A stretch of 64,000 nt of DNA from Macrostomum hystrix (lineage: Eukaryota > Animalia > Platyhelminthes). The DNA lies in contig CATNEN010000003.1 of NCBI GenBank assembly GCA_950097015.1, positions 744,001-808,000 on the forward strand, written 5' to 3'. Below, one piece after another: positions 12,001 to 23,091 of the stretch; positions within the stretch are counted from its first letter, which is position 1, and each line of letters opens with the position of its first letter. The translations under genes were made by a program, and so were the position numbers. The notes under the pieces were generated by a model, which worked only from the letters and a program-made list of their open reading frames with translations, searched no databases and had not been told where the DNA came from.

Positions 12001-15000
12001 ATGAATAAAGTACATTTGCAGAAATCAACTTCAATCTCACACACGACACCCTACCCTAAATCCGACAAACTACCCATTATCCAAAACCTAAACAGAAATC
12101 CCACATCCTACCCAGATACCACACTGCCTTATATCCCAAAACTTAACAACCCAACCACCCTATCACCCTACCTGAATCCCACACCCTACCCTGAGTCCCA
12201 CATCCCACCCTGGAGTCCCACACCCTACATGAATCCCACACCCTACCTGAATCCCATACCTACCTGAATCCCATACCTACCCTGAATCCCACACCCTACC
12301 CTGAATCCCACACCCTACCCTGAATCCCACAACCTACCTGAATCCCATACCCTACCCTGAATCCCATACCCTACCCTAAATCCCACACCCTACCTGAATC
12401 CCACACAGCACACGAAAGCCTCCCAGTCCCTCACCGAACTCGCACACAGCCCAGGCGGTTGTGGAACAATTAACAACGCTGAAACCCTCGGCCGGGTCAG
12501 CAATCTGCGTGCATCGACCGGCGCTGGCTCCAGATGGAGCGGAGCCGCCTTTCCAGTTGTGGTAGACAATTTTGCTACCGTCCGAGTTGGTGAAATTGGC
12601 CGCATCGGCCGCCAAGAACAATCCGGTATAATAGGACCTCGGACCAGTCTGGCCAGTGTAGATCACTTTACTAAAGAATTTGTACTCTTCCACTGTTTGG
12701 AAGGCGATGAGGTCGCCGCCCAGACTGCGGCAGTCGTCGAGGTGGCGAGTGAAGTTCTGCGACGTGGCGATCACCGTGTAGCACTTGCCGTTGAAATAGT
12801 AGGCGTTGCCGGGGCAACGGAAGTAGGCTGTGAAATAATTTAGGCATACAAAATTTTTGGATCGTTTCTTTTTTTAACTACTCTAAGTAGAAATACAGAC
12901 ATTTTAGCTTCGAAATTGTAGCAATGGAATTAAAAGCGACGGATAATATTGATAACAACAAAATTATCCCATGAGCGACAATAAGCGATATAAAATACAC
13001 ATGAATTATGTAGACTCGTGAGATTCGTGAGCTGCAAAGAAGCAGACAAATAAATAGTATATATGAGCAGTATATATAATGCTGATATGATAAGGGGGCT
13101 GTAGCCTGGTGGTTAGAGCGTCGGACTCATGACTTAAAGGTTGGGGGTTCGATTCCCCATTCCATAGGTCCTTTAGCAAGTCACTTAACTCTGGATTGCT
13201 TTAGTTCACCCAGCCGTTAAATGGGTACCAGCATCAGCTGGGGTAATTGAGGGCGGGTGTGGCGTCCCCTCCCCAGTCCATGGACTGAACAGCTGTACGA
13301 AGGCCGCACTCACCCCATCGCTGTTTCTGGCAGATGTAGCCAAGCTTGTCTCCGCAGGCTCTCGTAGCCCACCTGGCCTGAGTGCTGATGGCGGCGCAGT
13401 CCTTGCCAGCAGCGGGTTCGCCGGAGCTCTCCCACATCAGGTAGGAGGGATTGTAGGCGCCGGCGTTCCACCAGGCGAACGCGTTCGGCGCCAGCAGGGT
13501 GTTGAACTGCAGCCCGATCCAGTGATAGCCGGAGCCGGAGCGAGAGTTGAAGAAGCTTTTGACAGATGGATGGGTGATGTGAAGTAAATGAGCAGTAAAT
13601 TCAAGATGCAATATCCTAAATCTAAGGATTCCAATTTCTGAACATCGAGAACCCCATTTATCTAAAACCCATCATCCAAGATTTGAACATGCTAAATCGC
13701 ATGGTTCAAAATCAAAATATATGAAATCCTGATTTCCCGAATTTGTATATGCGAGATACCTATATCAAAAATCGCTATTTTAAGAATCCCAATATCATAA
13801 ATCCTGAGATCCCAAATCCCAATATCATAAATCCTGAGATCCCAAATCCCAATATCTTAAATCCTGAGATCCCAAATCCCAATATCTTAAATCCTGAGAT
13901 CCCAGATCCCAACATCACAAATCCTGATATCCCAAATCCCAATATCATAAATCCTGTGATCCCATATCCCAATATCATAAATCCTGAGATCCCAAATCCC
14001 AATATCTTAAATCCTGAGATCCCAAATCCCAATATCATAAATCCTGTGATCCCAAATCCCAATATCATAAATCCTGAGATCCCAAATCCCAATATCTTAA
14101 ATCCTGAGATCCCAAATCCCAATATCTTAAATCCTGAGATCCCAAATCCCAATATCTTAAATCCGATAATCAGCAATTTCAAGTCCTAAAGTCACAAATA
14201 TCCCAAATCACAATTTCATCAAATCCCAAAATCTCAAATTCCAGTACTTTAAATCCCATTATTTGTTTTACCATCATTCGAATCCCGAACTTAAAGTTCA
14301 AAAAATCAAACCCAATATGCCAAATCCCAATATGCCAAATCCCAATATGCCAAATCCCAATATCTCAAATCCTAATAACCAAAATACCAATATATCCATG
14401 AAAAATATATCTAAAATAAAAAAATCCAGAATCCCTAAGTCGCAAAATCTTAAATCCGGAAATCCTAATCCCGAAACTGCTCAGAAACTCACTAGTCGTA
14501 GAGGAACTTGCTGACATCGTTGGCCTTGATGGAGACCAGATCGGCGCCGAGCAGCGCGCACTGCACCATGGCGTCCTCGTAGGTCGCGGGTTCGTCGCTC
14601 ATGTAGTAGCAGCTGTCGCCGAGGCTCTGCCAACCCTCCGGGCAGCTTCTGGAAGCTCCGGGCACTTTGCACACGGTAGTCAGCTGCTCACTACACGGTT
14701 TCGCCTGCAATCTGACGGCTCCATTGTTCAGAGCTCCGCTGCCGCACAGATCTGGCCGGAAGTTGCCAACGCCGGAGCCAGTCGAGCTGTTGTCGCCGGC
14801 GGTCAGCCAGAGTTTGCGCCACAATGAGCCGACAAAATCCATTGGTGGGAAATAGCCGCTAGTTTTATCGTCGGCGTAGCCTGTCCAGAAATTGCCGTTG
14901 GCCAATTTGGCGTTAAGCAGCACTTTAACCTGGCTGGCGACGCGATCGTCCAGCAAGGTGACCAGGGTGCCGCCGAGGGTGGCGCAGTATTCCGCAGCCG

Positions 15001-18000
15001 AGGAATGGTTGCGCTTCGTTGTGTCATAGTAGTAACAGAAGCCTTCGATGCCGGTGTAGTTTGCAGGACAGTTGGCTGAATGTTCCCATTTTAGGAAGGG
15101 GAGTAAGGATATATTTTAAGTTGCTTCGATTTCACATTGTAGAACTTGCTTTGGATCTGTTATCTCTCATTATCTAAGATACAAAGATCTGGGGGTGAGT
15201 GGCAGAGCGGTTAACACGTTTGCCTCTCGCACGGCGAGGCCACATTCATTAGGGGCGCAGCCGCGAGAGAAGGCTTGGGGGCTTGTCGTGCAATTTACGA
15301 CTTTGAGGGCCAACCTCTAAGGCACAGTGAGAGTGTACACTGCCTGACAATGAGAAAGTCAGGGCAAATGTACACACCTGTTTGTGTGCTCAGGATTCAG
15401 CGAAATGAGCAGAATTGCCTCCTCGCTGACTGCGGGTCTAGTGTCACCAGATGACGTGCCATTGCCCGCAGCCCTCCTGCAATTATAATTATTATTGACT
15501 GACCTTCCATTCCTAATATCGTTTTGATGCAATACTAGACAACTCCTAAAATATATTCTTGATTTTACCAGCAATTTTGATCCCGAATCTCCTAATTATT
15601 CTAAATCCCGTAATGATTCTAAATTTCTGAATAATCGAAAATATCCAATAGTAAAATTGTGATAAAAATGACTTATTTCTTTGAATAAGGATTTGATTAT
15701 ACACCGAATCCCCTAACTATCATTAAATCCTGAATGACTATAAATCTAAAATAAATACATAATTCTCAATAACGCGTAATCACTAAAAACGAAAATCCTT
15801 AATTATCTATAAATCGACACAATCTACAAATGCCCAAATGATCTCTGATCCTCAATTATCTATTCCTAAACTATCCCTAATTTGAAGAATCCCAAAGAGC
15901 ACTCACGCCAGCTGCAGCCCGTGTGTCCGGCCCCTTTGTAGCCATCGCCAATTGAGCCGTGCGGGCAGACGCAAGAGATGCTGCCGTTGGCCAGGTCGCT
16001 GCACACCGAGCTCGCATCGCAATGCAACTCCTTGAGGTAGGAGCAGCCAGACTCGCCGGATGACGCGTTGGCGTAGTTAGGCGCAATGAACGGCACGCTG
16101 CAGGTCTTGCCGTCGCCAACGTAGGGCGACACGCAGGCGCACTGGAAGCCTCCGGGCAGATTGCGGCAGATGGCGTTGGCGCTGCAAGGCGAGCTGGCGC
16201 CGGAGCACTCGTCAATGTCGGAGCAGTTGTAGCCGTTGCCTTGGTAACCGGACTGGCAGCGGCACTGATAGCCGCCCTGGGTGTTGACGCACACGGCATT
16301 GGCGTGACAGGCGTGGCTGCCTCTGCAATGGAACCAGTTTTCATCTTTTTATCCCACGGCAGTCTTAAAGCTCAAACCCGATTAGGAAGAATCGAAAAAG
16401 AAACGAAAAAGAAAGGAATAAAAAACAAGGAAGAAACGTAGAAGACGTTAGAAAGAATCGAAAAAGAAACGAGTAAGAAACGAGGAAGAAACTAATAAGA
16501 AATGAAAAAGAAATAAATAAGAAATTTAGAACACTTTAGGAAGAAAAGAAAAAGAAACGAGGAAGAAAGGAGGAAGAAACAAAAAAGAAAAAAAGAATCG
16601 AATAAGAAACAGAACACGTTGGAAAAAAACAAAAAAGAAACGAGGAAGAAACATAGAACACGTTGGAAAAAAAGGAAACGAGGAACAAACGAGGAAGAAA
16701 CGTAGAAGACGTTGCAAAAAAACAAAAAAAAGAAACGAGCAAGAAACGAATAAGAAACGAGGAAGAAACGAAAAAAATAAAAAGAAACGAGGAAGAAACG
16801 AAAAAAATAATAAGAAACGAGGAAGAAACGAATAAGAAACGAAAAAGAAATAAATAAGAAATTTAGAACACGTTAGGAAGAAAAGAAAAAGAAACGAGGA
16901 AGAAAGGAGGAAGAAACAAATAAGAAAAAAAGAAACGAATAAGAAACAGAACACGTTGGGAAAAAAAGGAAACGAGGAACAAACGAGGAAGAAACGAGGA
17001 AAAACGAAAAAAAATAAAAAGAAACGAGGAAGAAACGAATAAGAAACGAAAAAGAAAAAAAGAAGAAATTTAGAACACGTTGGGAAGAAAAGAAAAAGAA
17101 ACGAGGAAGAAACGAATAAAAGACGAATAAGAAACGATGAAGACACGATAAAGAAACGAATACGTAAATAAGTAAAAAACGACAAAAATATGAAGAAATG
17201 AAGAAGAAATGATAAAGAAACAAAGAAGAAACGTAGAAGACGTTGGGAAGAAACGAAAAAGAATCGAGAAAGACATTGGAAAGAGTCAAGACGATGATTA
17301 AATAATGAAAACACGGACGACAAGAATAGCACTTCTGTGGTTTCTGACGCATTGTTTGGCCCTATCCGCTCAGCCGATAGAAGCTCTCTTACTTGGCGCA
17401 CTCGTCGATATCCTCGCAGCCGGGACCGGCGAAGCCCTGAGCGCAGTCGCAGTAGGCGGCACCGTCGGGCAGTTGTACGCAGCGGCTGTTGTTCCGGCAC
17501 TCGTTGCCAACGGATTCCACCGAGTTGGCGCCGTTGCAGGTGTTCTTCCTGGCGCAGGCGAGCGTGTACCAGACCTGGCCCTTGGACTTGTACGCTCCGC
17601 CGGCCGAGTTGGTAGTCGAGCAACCGCAGTCGTTCGCCCTTACGCAGACGTTGCCGGAGCGTCGATAGCCCGGACGGCACTGGCAGGACGGCAGGCGGAG
17701 TTGGACGCCGCAGAAGGAGCCGCTGCCGATGCCCTGGCGGATGGTGGCGCAGTCGTTCGGCTCGCAGGGCCTGGCGGCCACAACCAGCTGCTCATTGTCC
17801 CGGCAGGTGGAGTTCTCTGGGTTGGTTTTTATTTGAGCACATTGTTTGAGCATGATTGAGGGAATTTTTAAATTTTGAGATTTGGGATTTCAGGTTTTTG
17901 CAGGGATTTCAGTAGAAGCGCTTAATAAGATAATACAAGGATTTTGGGATATTGGGACTTCGGGAAATTGGTATCTTAGGATTTTGGGATTTCGGGATTT

Positions 18001-21000
18001 TGAGATATTGGGATATTGGGATTTTAGGGTGTGAAATGTTAGTATTTAAGATAATGCGATTTTTAATAGCAATCTGGACAATTCATTAAATAAATTAATT
18101 ACAATAAACACAAGGAAAATATACCTGGGCCTATCGAGATTTTAGTTGAAGAGACTTGGAAATTAAGGGACTGAACTTTAGAACTGGGGGACCTTTGGAT
18201 AGTTTAAATACTGCGATTCAGGATATTAGGATTAAAAAAAATGGGATTAGAGCTATTGGGATTATGTATGTTGGTACTGATTATAAATCAGAAAAATATG
18301 TATTATATAAATGATTTGCATAGCCTACTACGAGTAATACAATATTTCTTAGTTTTTTTAATTAAAATTTGCCATAGACAACTCTACCATTGCACAGTCC
18401 CGGAGGGAACTCCTGAGCAGAGTTGAGCAGTCCTCTAGCGCTCAGCACCCTGTAGAATGCAGTAGTCAGCTGGCAGAGCTGCTGATTATCGAACGGTGCG
18501 GACATGTCGCTGTGGCAGGCGTCGTTAAATACGCCGCGCAGTGTGGCATCGGACAGGTAGCTTGAGAAGGCGTAATTAGCGATGATGGCGTTGCAGACTA
18601 CGCTAACTGAGGCCGAGGACAAACTGCTGCTCTCCGCTTGTCTTGGGACCTCTTCGCGTTTGCAGCTAAGATTGCATGGGTGGAGAAAATGCGTACAGCT
18701 AGAGATTTTCTGAGAAGCCTATTATAATATTTCCTTAAGTTTAATGAGATGTCAGTGGAGACAATCAGTTGGAGGTTCAGGAGGAGGCAGTAGTAGAGAC
18801 AATCCCCTGAAGGTTCAGGAGGAGGCGGTGTCGGCAGAGACAATCCGCTGAAGGTTCAGGAGGAGGCGGTGTCGGTAGAGACAATCCCCTGAAGGTTCAG
18901 GAGGAGGCGGTGTCGGTTGAGACAATCCCCTGAAGGTTCAGGAGGAGGCGGTGTCGGTAGAGACAATCCCCTGAAGGTTCAGGAGGAGGCGGTGTCGGTA
19001 GAGACAATCCCCTGAAGGTTCAGGAGGAGGCGGTGTCGGTAGAGACAATCCGCTGAAGGTTCAGGAGGAGGCGGTGTCAGTAGAGACAATCCCCTGAAGG
19101 TTCAGGAGGAGGCGGTGTCGGTAGAGACAATCCCCTGAAGGTTCAGGAGAAGTTAGAGGAGACACTCCGCTGAAAGTCCAGGAGGGAGCGGCAGTAGAGA
19201 CAATCCGCTGAACAGTGCTGCCAAATAAAGATCGGAGTCCAGGCATTCAGCGAAGACACTCACTTGGCGTTGCTCTGGCTGGCGGTCATCCAGGAGGCGT
19301 ACACGGCGGACTTGTCCGCGCTGGGAGAGCTCGCGCCTCTGGCCGTGAAATCGTTGGCCTGATGACCGTCGGCATTGCCGCAGAGGCCGCATGGTTGAAT
19401 GGCGGCAATTCTGGGCACAAACACGGTTGCCAGGTAGCGACGCATATCGTAGGCGACTCGCAGTCCGTAGTCGGTGATGATGACGACGTCGTTCCACATG
19501 TAGTTGATACTGACGGAACTGTTCGCATGGCCAGCCAGGGTGCCTGAGTAGATATGACTGCTCGGCGTGATTGGCATGCCGTTCACCTGGGATGGGATTG
19601 CTCTCAAATTTTATTACTAGTAGAATGTTCTCAAATCGTTCTCAAATTGATCCAAAATCCTTCTCAAGTTGTTCTCAAATTGATCTCAAATCGTTCTCAA
19701 ACTGTTCTTAACTTTTTATCCGATTATTTTCATATTATACTCAGACTATTCTCAGAATGTTCTCTAATTTTTCTCGCATTGTTATCCAATTGTTCTCAGA
19801 CTTTTCGAAGATTGCTGACTCAGACACCGCACGCAGGCACACTCTCACAGCAGGTGTGTACACCTGCCCTGACTTACTCCTGCCTCGAATATTGGGATTG
19901 ATTAGTGACCCAAACCTACCGTAACTCCGTTCTCGCTGTGAGCCAGAATGGTCAGGTCGTAGACTTTAACAAGAAGGCCAACCACAAAGATCTTAGCGCC
20001 TCCCACCAGGTCCTGTCTAGATTCAACACTGAACAAGTACTTCCCGCCGGCGGCTGTGGAGTTGCAGTTCTCAGCCAGCTGGAAGTCGCACCTGGAACCG
20101 CCAAACTGGTGAGCTCCGTCGAAGGTGACAACGTGGGCGCCGCCGAACGCGCTGCAGACGGCGCCGGAGCGGCATTGAAAGCCGTCGCCAGAGAAGCCGG
20201 GTTTGCACTGGCAGACGTAGCTGCCGGGGGTGTTCAGACATTCGGCGTTCGGGTCGCAGTTGTGCAACTTCAGGGCGCACTCGTCAATGTCTGGATGGGA
20301 ATTATTCATGAGATTGAGCTTTTTAGCTTATAAAAATAATAATGATTGCAGGAGGGCTGTGGGTAATGGCACATCATTTGGTGACACTGAGCACACACGC
20401 ACACAGATACCGTACAAACACAGGCACACGCTAACACAGGTGTGTACATCTGCCCTGACTTTCTCGTCGACAAGCACCAAGCCTTCTCGTGCAAATAAAT
20501 TTGGCCTCGCCGCGGAATCGAGCTTAGGGACGTTGGTGCGAGAGGCAAACGCATTAACCGCTGTGCCAACCAGCCCCTTATTTTTTAGGTTAGATAGACT
20601 GCCAACCTGGGGTTGAAGCAGAAAAGTTAAAAGATGTAGTCGACAAGTAAAGCCGATTGATTAATTGACTAATTGACTTATTGACCGATTGATTGATTAA
20701 CTGATTGAATGATTGATACATTAGTTGATTAATTAATTGATTGATTGTTTTCTTATTATTAATCGATCGATTCATTTGTTGATCTATTGATCTATTGATC
20801 GCTTAAAATCTTGGTATATTTATGATTTTTTAGATTTATTAGCGGATATATTAGTCTTTGAAACATTCAATTAGAATTAACTAGTTTCTCAACTGTAAGA
20901 TGAACTGATAGATAGAGGGACTTGAAGGTCAGGGGTTCGATTCCTGACGCCACTGGAACAATTTGTGTCCGCTTAACTCTGGATTGCTTCAGTTCTCCCA

Positions 21001-22054
21001 GCTGTTAAATGTGTACCAGCATCAGCTGGGATAATTGAAGGTGGGTGTGGCGTCTACCCAGTCCATGGACTGAACAGCCGTACGCAGCCTTCAGATGCGC
21101 CGCGCAATAGCTGCGGCTGTGCTGTTGACTGCACATGGCTGACCCAATTGGGGCAGTTGTAATTAATTATTATTTCAGCTGTCTCACCAGCTGGGCACAG
21201 GTAGGACACCTCGTAGTCGTTGCATCCGGCCGCGCTATTCTGCGACTTGTCGCACACAATGCCCTCACGAGAGCAGGGCGTGGAGAAGTTTTGCCCGGTG
21301 GCCGAGGCCGATACGGCCGTACCGGCGACACGACACTTCCAGTCTAGCGGGCTGTTGCAGATATCGCCGCACACCTTTAAATCATTAGATCGTTACTTCT
21401 CACTTGAAAACTCGCACTGCTAAGCTTTGAGATTTATTCGTTACCTAGAGACGTTACTCGCTACTTTGGATTTGTAACTTTAGCTGCTTGTTTATCGTCA
21501 ATCATTGCTTTAAATTAAAACTATTTAGTTCATTGAAACGAATAATTGCTTATATATTAGATTTAAAGAACATAAATATTACACATGTTGATGTTAAATT
21601 TATCGTTAATTTCATCTTTGTTAGTAAGCTAAATTATTAATCGATGCTTTAAATATTGAATCGCAACGTTAGGATAACTATTGTTCTATAAAGTTAACTA
21701 TTGCTAATAATGAACGAAAGCGTTACTTTTAATACATAGTCATTACTTTATATAGTATATCGCTGGTTTAGAAACAATTTCGTTACATTTAAATACAATA
21801 TCGGTACTCTTAAGAAATCGTTACTTTTAACAAACAAATCGTTACTACTCGTCGTTCAGTGCTGAAATCAATGCTGGACTGTTCTAATTTCGTTCAAATT
21901 TAGAAATTCAATAAAATTATTTGTTAAACAATTAGTTAGAAATGACTTACCACGCGTGCAAAGTTGATGTTCTCATTGTCGCCGTCCGATGGATTGCGAT
22001 CCGAATTGCAGTAGGCAGTCCACCGAGTTGTCGGGGCAACCAGATTTAGGGCAC
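1..22054 (-). CDS. Giant multidomain extracellular protein (WxxW, EGF, VWD/C8/TIL x2, C-type lectin x3, Caspr/COLFI-like fibrinogen-related domain x7); zonadhesin/FCGBP/mucin-like; 3' end outside window, start exon unresolved
   Basis: 30 exons with GT..AG ends and continuous phase: 22054-21951, 21374-21188, 20290-19920, 19586-19264, 18665-18388, 17816-17393, 16322-15907, 15075-14493, 13555-13314, 12827-12435, 11970-11860, 11591-11469, 11332-10816, 10739-10640, 10341-9850, 9162-8718, 8503-7979, 7591-7418, 6829-6588, 6496-6262, 5809-5291, 5026-4815, 4039-3587, 3453-3023, 2941-2119, 2043-1918, 1811-1301, 702-488, 400-220, 109-1 (9865 nt). Motifs include DIDEC cbEGF, CGLCG VWD, WIGL lectin and the TIL Cys pattern. 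Confidence 0.9.
220..2760 (-). other. EGF x3 and second VWD-C8-TIL assembly of the giant gene
   Basis: NLDEC, DDDEC and DIDEC EGFs; [13 protein letters not shown]; MCGLCGDFD; C8 CVFDTC..WRRTDFC; [21 protein letters not shown]. Confidence 0.88.
951..1190 (+). mobile_element. SINE family A copy (tRNA-derived head, CORE-like centre)
   Basis: GGTTCGATTC B box, TTCAGTTCACTCAGCTGTTAAAT and CCCAGTCCATGGACTGAACAGCCGTA are shared with copies at 13094, 20915, 46224 and 55680. Confidence 0.75.
4245..4690. repeat. Intronic minisatellite, 68-bp unit built from ~23-bp subunits; related sequence at 7690-7820
   Basis: GACGTCTTCTGGAGTGTTCTTGTG recurs at 4263, 4331, 4399 and 4467. Confidence 0.9.
5895..6190 (-). 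mobile_element. Diverged SINE family B copy
   Basis: Resembles the 9405-9735 copy (GGCTGTGGGCA.., CTCGCCGCGGATTC.AGCTCAG..TTGGTGCGAGA). Confidence 0.6.
6835..7140. repeat. 22-bp tandem repeat (CTGAAAGAAGAACACTGAAGGA), ~14 copies, abutting a splice acceptor
   Basis: Direct inspection. Confidence 0.95.
9405..9735 (-). mobile_element. SINE family B copy
   Basis: Reverse complement of the 15190, 43858 and 63717 copies, including the tRNA-like head and the 3' stem-loop tail. Confidence 0.8.
10380..10447. repeat. (TAGATTGG)n 8-bp tandem repeat
   Basis: Direct inspection. Confidence 0.9.
12165..12405. repeat. ~19-bp tandem repeat (CTGAATCCCACACCCTACC)
   Basis: Direct inspection; intronic. Confidence 0.9.
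13094..13305 (+). mobile_element. SINE family A copy with intact tRNA-like head
   Basis: GGGGCTGTAGCCTGGTGGTTAGAGCG (A box), GGTTCGATTCCC (B box), then GCAAGTCACTTAAC..TTCACCCAGCCGTTAAATGGGTACC. Confidence 0.8.
13785..14165. repeat. 30-bp tandem repeat (AATCCCAATATCATAAATCCTGAGATCCCA), ~12.5 copies
   Basis: Direct inspection; it produces spurious stop-free ORFs on both strands. Confidence 0.95.
15190..15495 (+). mobile_element. SINE family B copy
   Basis: TGGCAGAGCGG A box, conserved body GGCCAACCTCTAAGGCACAGTGAGAGTGTACAC, tail GCCCGCAGCCCTCCTGCAATTAT. Confidence 0.8.
16385..17290. repeat. A/G-rich low-complexity repeat (AAGAAACGAGG variants) with internal duplications
   Basis: Direct inspection; fills most of intron 16323-17392. 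Confidence 0.9.
17393..20290 (-). other. First EGF-VWD-C8-TIL assembly of the giant gene
   Basis: DIDECALK..; [14 protein letters not shown]; [10 protein letters not shown]; C8-like exon 18665-18388; TIL CRDNE..CEPNDC..CQCRPGY..CV. Confidence 0.85.
18770..19215. repeat. 41-bp tandem repeat, ~9 copies
   Basis: GAGACAATCC(C/G)CTGAAGGTTCAGGAGGAGGCGGTGTCGGTA recurs at 41-bp spacing. Confidence 0.95.
20335..20577 (-). mobile_element. SINE family B copy with internal deletions
   Basis: Head and tail match the other B copies. Confidence 0.75.
20915..21170 (+). mobile_element. SINE family A copy
   Basis: B box GGTTCGATTCC plus the shared body and tail. Confidence 0.75.
21188..22054 (-). other. Mucin-2 WxxW (CysD-type) domain exons of the giant gene
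   Basis: Spliced translation [57 protein letters not shown] matches the WxxW/CysD pattern. Confidence 0.75.
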
Positions 22055-23091
22055 CTGCAATTTTAGATTGGAATATTAAAAGTAACTTTAATGAAGATAA
22101 TAAACATCTGACAGACAAAGACTACAATATTGTGATTCTAGTTTATGTGGCTAAAATGGGAGAATTTTCCCCAGCGATTGCGAGGCGATTAACACGGGCG
22201 CGTTGAGTCCAACTCGATATCTGAAAAGATGAAACGTTATTTTTATATTCGTTAATTAACGACGGTACGGTAAATCGTTAGTTTATTTTACAGAGTCCGA
22301 TACAAAAATAACAAAATCTGGTCAGTTTATATTAAATCCCAAACTGATGTGGAGGTTGGGGTGGGTGCAGTCATTCCACCTAACTGATCCCACTCACCAC
22401 TGACTTCAAGAGAATAATTTTTTGCACCGATCAGCAACTATGGCTAGAATCTAGAATGATCGGCCCCCACTACTTAGCAGCACGTGTTGCCTATATTTAA
22501 TCCCAAGAATTTCAACTGATTCAGCACAAAATCAGAAATGGACCAGTCCTAGCGGAGGCACCTGTTGCACACTGGCCAAAATCCGTCCGAATTCAATAAT
22601 TGATTTTTTACTCCTAAAGAAACTTACCCAAAGATAAGCCGCTTTTGCGTCTATAATAATGTCGCTTCTTAGATAGAAGCTTTGGCTAAACGGCACACAT
22701 TTCTGCCACTCCCACAATGTCCCTAATTGGGAAGGCGGGTTCAAGTTTAGTTTTCTTGGTGACAGCTTGGAGACAAAACCGTTTCTGGGCTCCACAAGAC
22801 TGCCCAGAACGATCGGCAGGTTTTTCTTCTACAAGTCATTGTTTCTTTCTTCTTTTTATTCATGGTCTAAGAAGAAAAGTTTGAAAGAATGATTTTTGTC
22901 CCTCCTTGTTACTCTATTACCTACGGATAAGCGGCTCCTAATCCTGATTGCCTTGCATAAATGATTTCTATTTAGCTAGACAATAGCCATAGCTCATACG
23001 TCATTATTCCATCGACTCTTTAAACCAGAAAGATTTTTGCGTGTCCTTGTAGAGTACTTTTAGTGCCGAACTTGCTAAAGTACTGATTATC

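Larger units (their letters stand above)
12435..15075 (-). other. Three C-type lectin domains of the giant gene
   Basis: [26 protein letters not shown]; [25 protein letters not shown]; [28 protein letters not shown]. Confidence 0.85.

Noticed and set aside
13094-13170. tRNA gene-like sequences (also at 46224, 55920 and 62995)
   Set aside because: No complete cloverleaf or acceptor stem; most continue into a SINE body.
15417-15430. SINE B motif GCCTCCTCGCTG(G/A)C resembles the P3/L3 of the HDV ribozyme
   Set aside because: No P1 or P2 partners lie in the required positions; the motif is explained by simple hairpins.
16526-17390. 384-aa Phe-rich ORF and overlapping ORFs
   Set aside because: Translation of an intronic low-complexity repeat; the true exon ends at the 17393 donor.
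13785-18260. AATCCCAA-rich (13.8-14.5 kb) and TTGGGATT-rich (17.9-18.3 kb) tracts in inverted orientation around three exons
   Set aside because: Complementarity is short and degenerate, and skipping the enclosed exons would break the frame.
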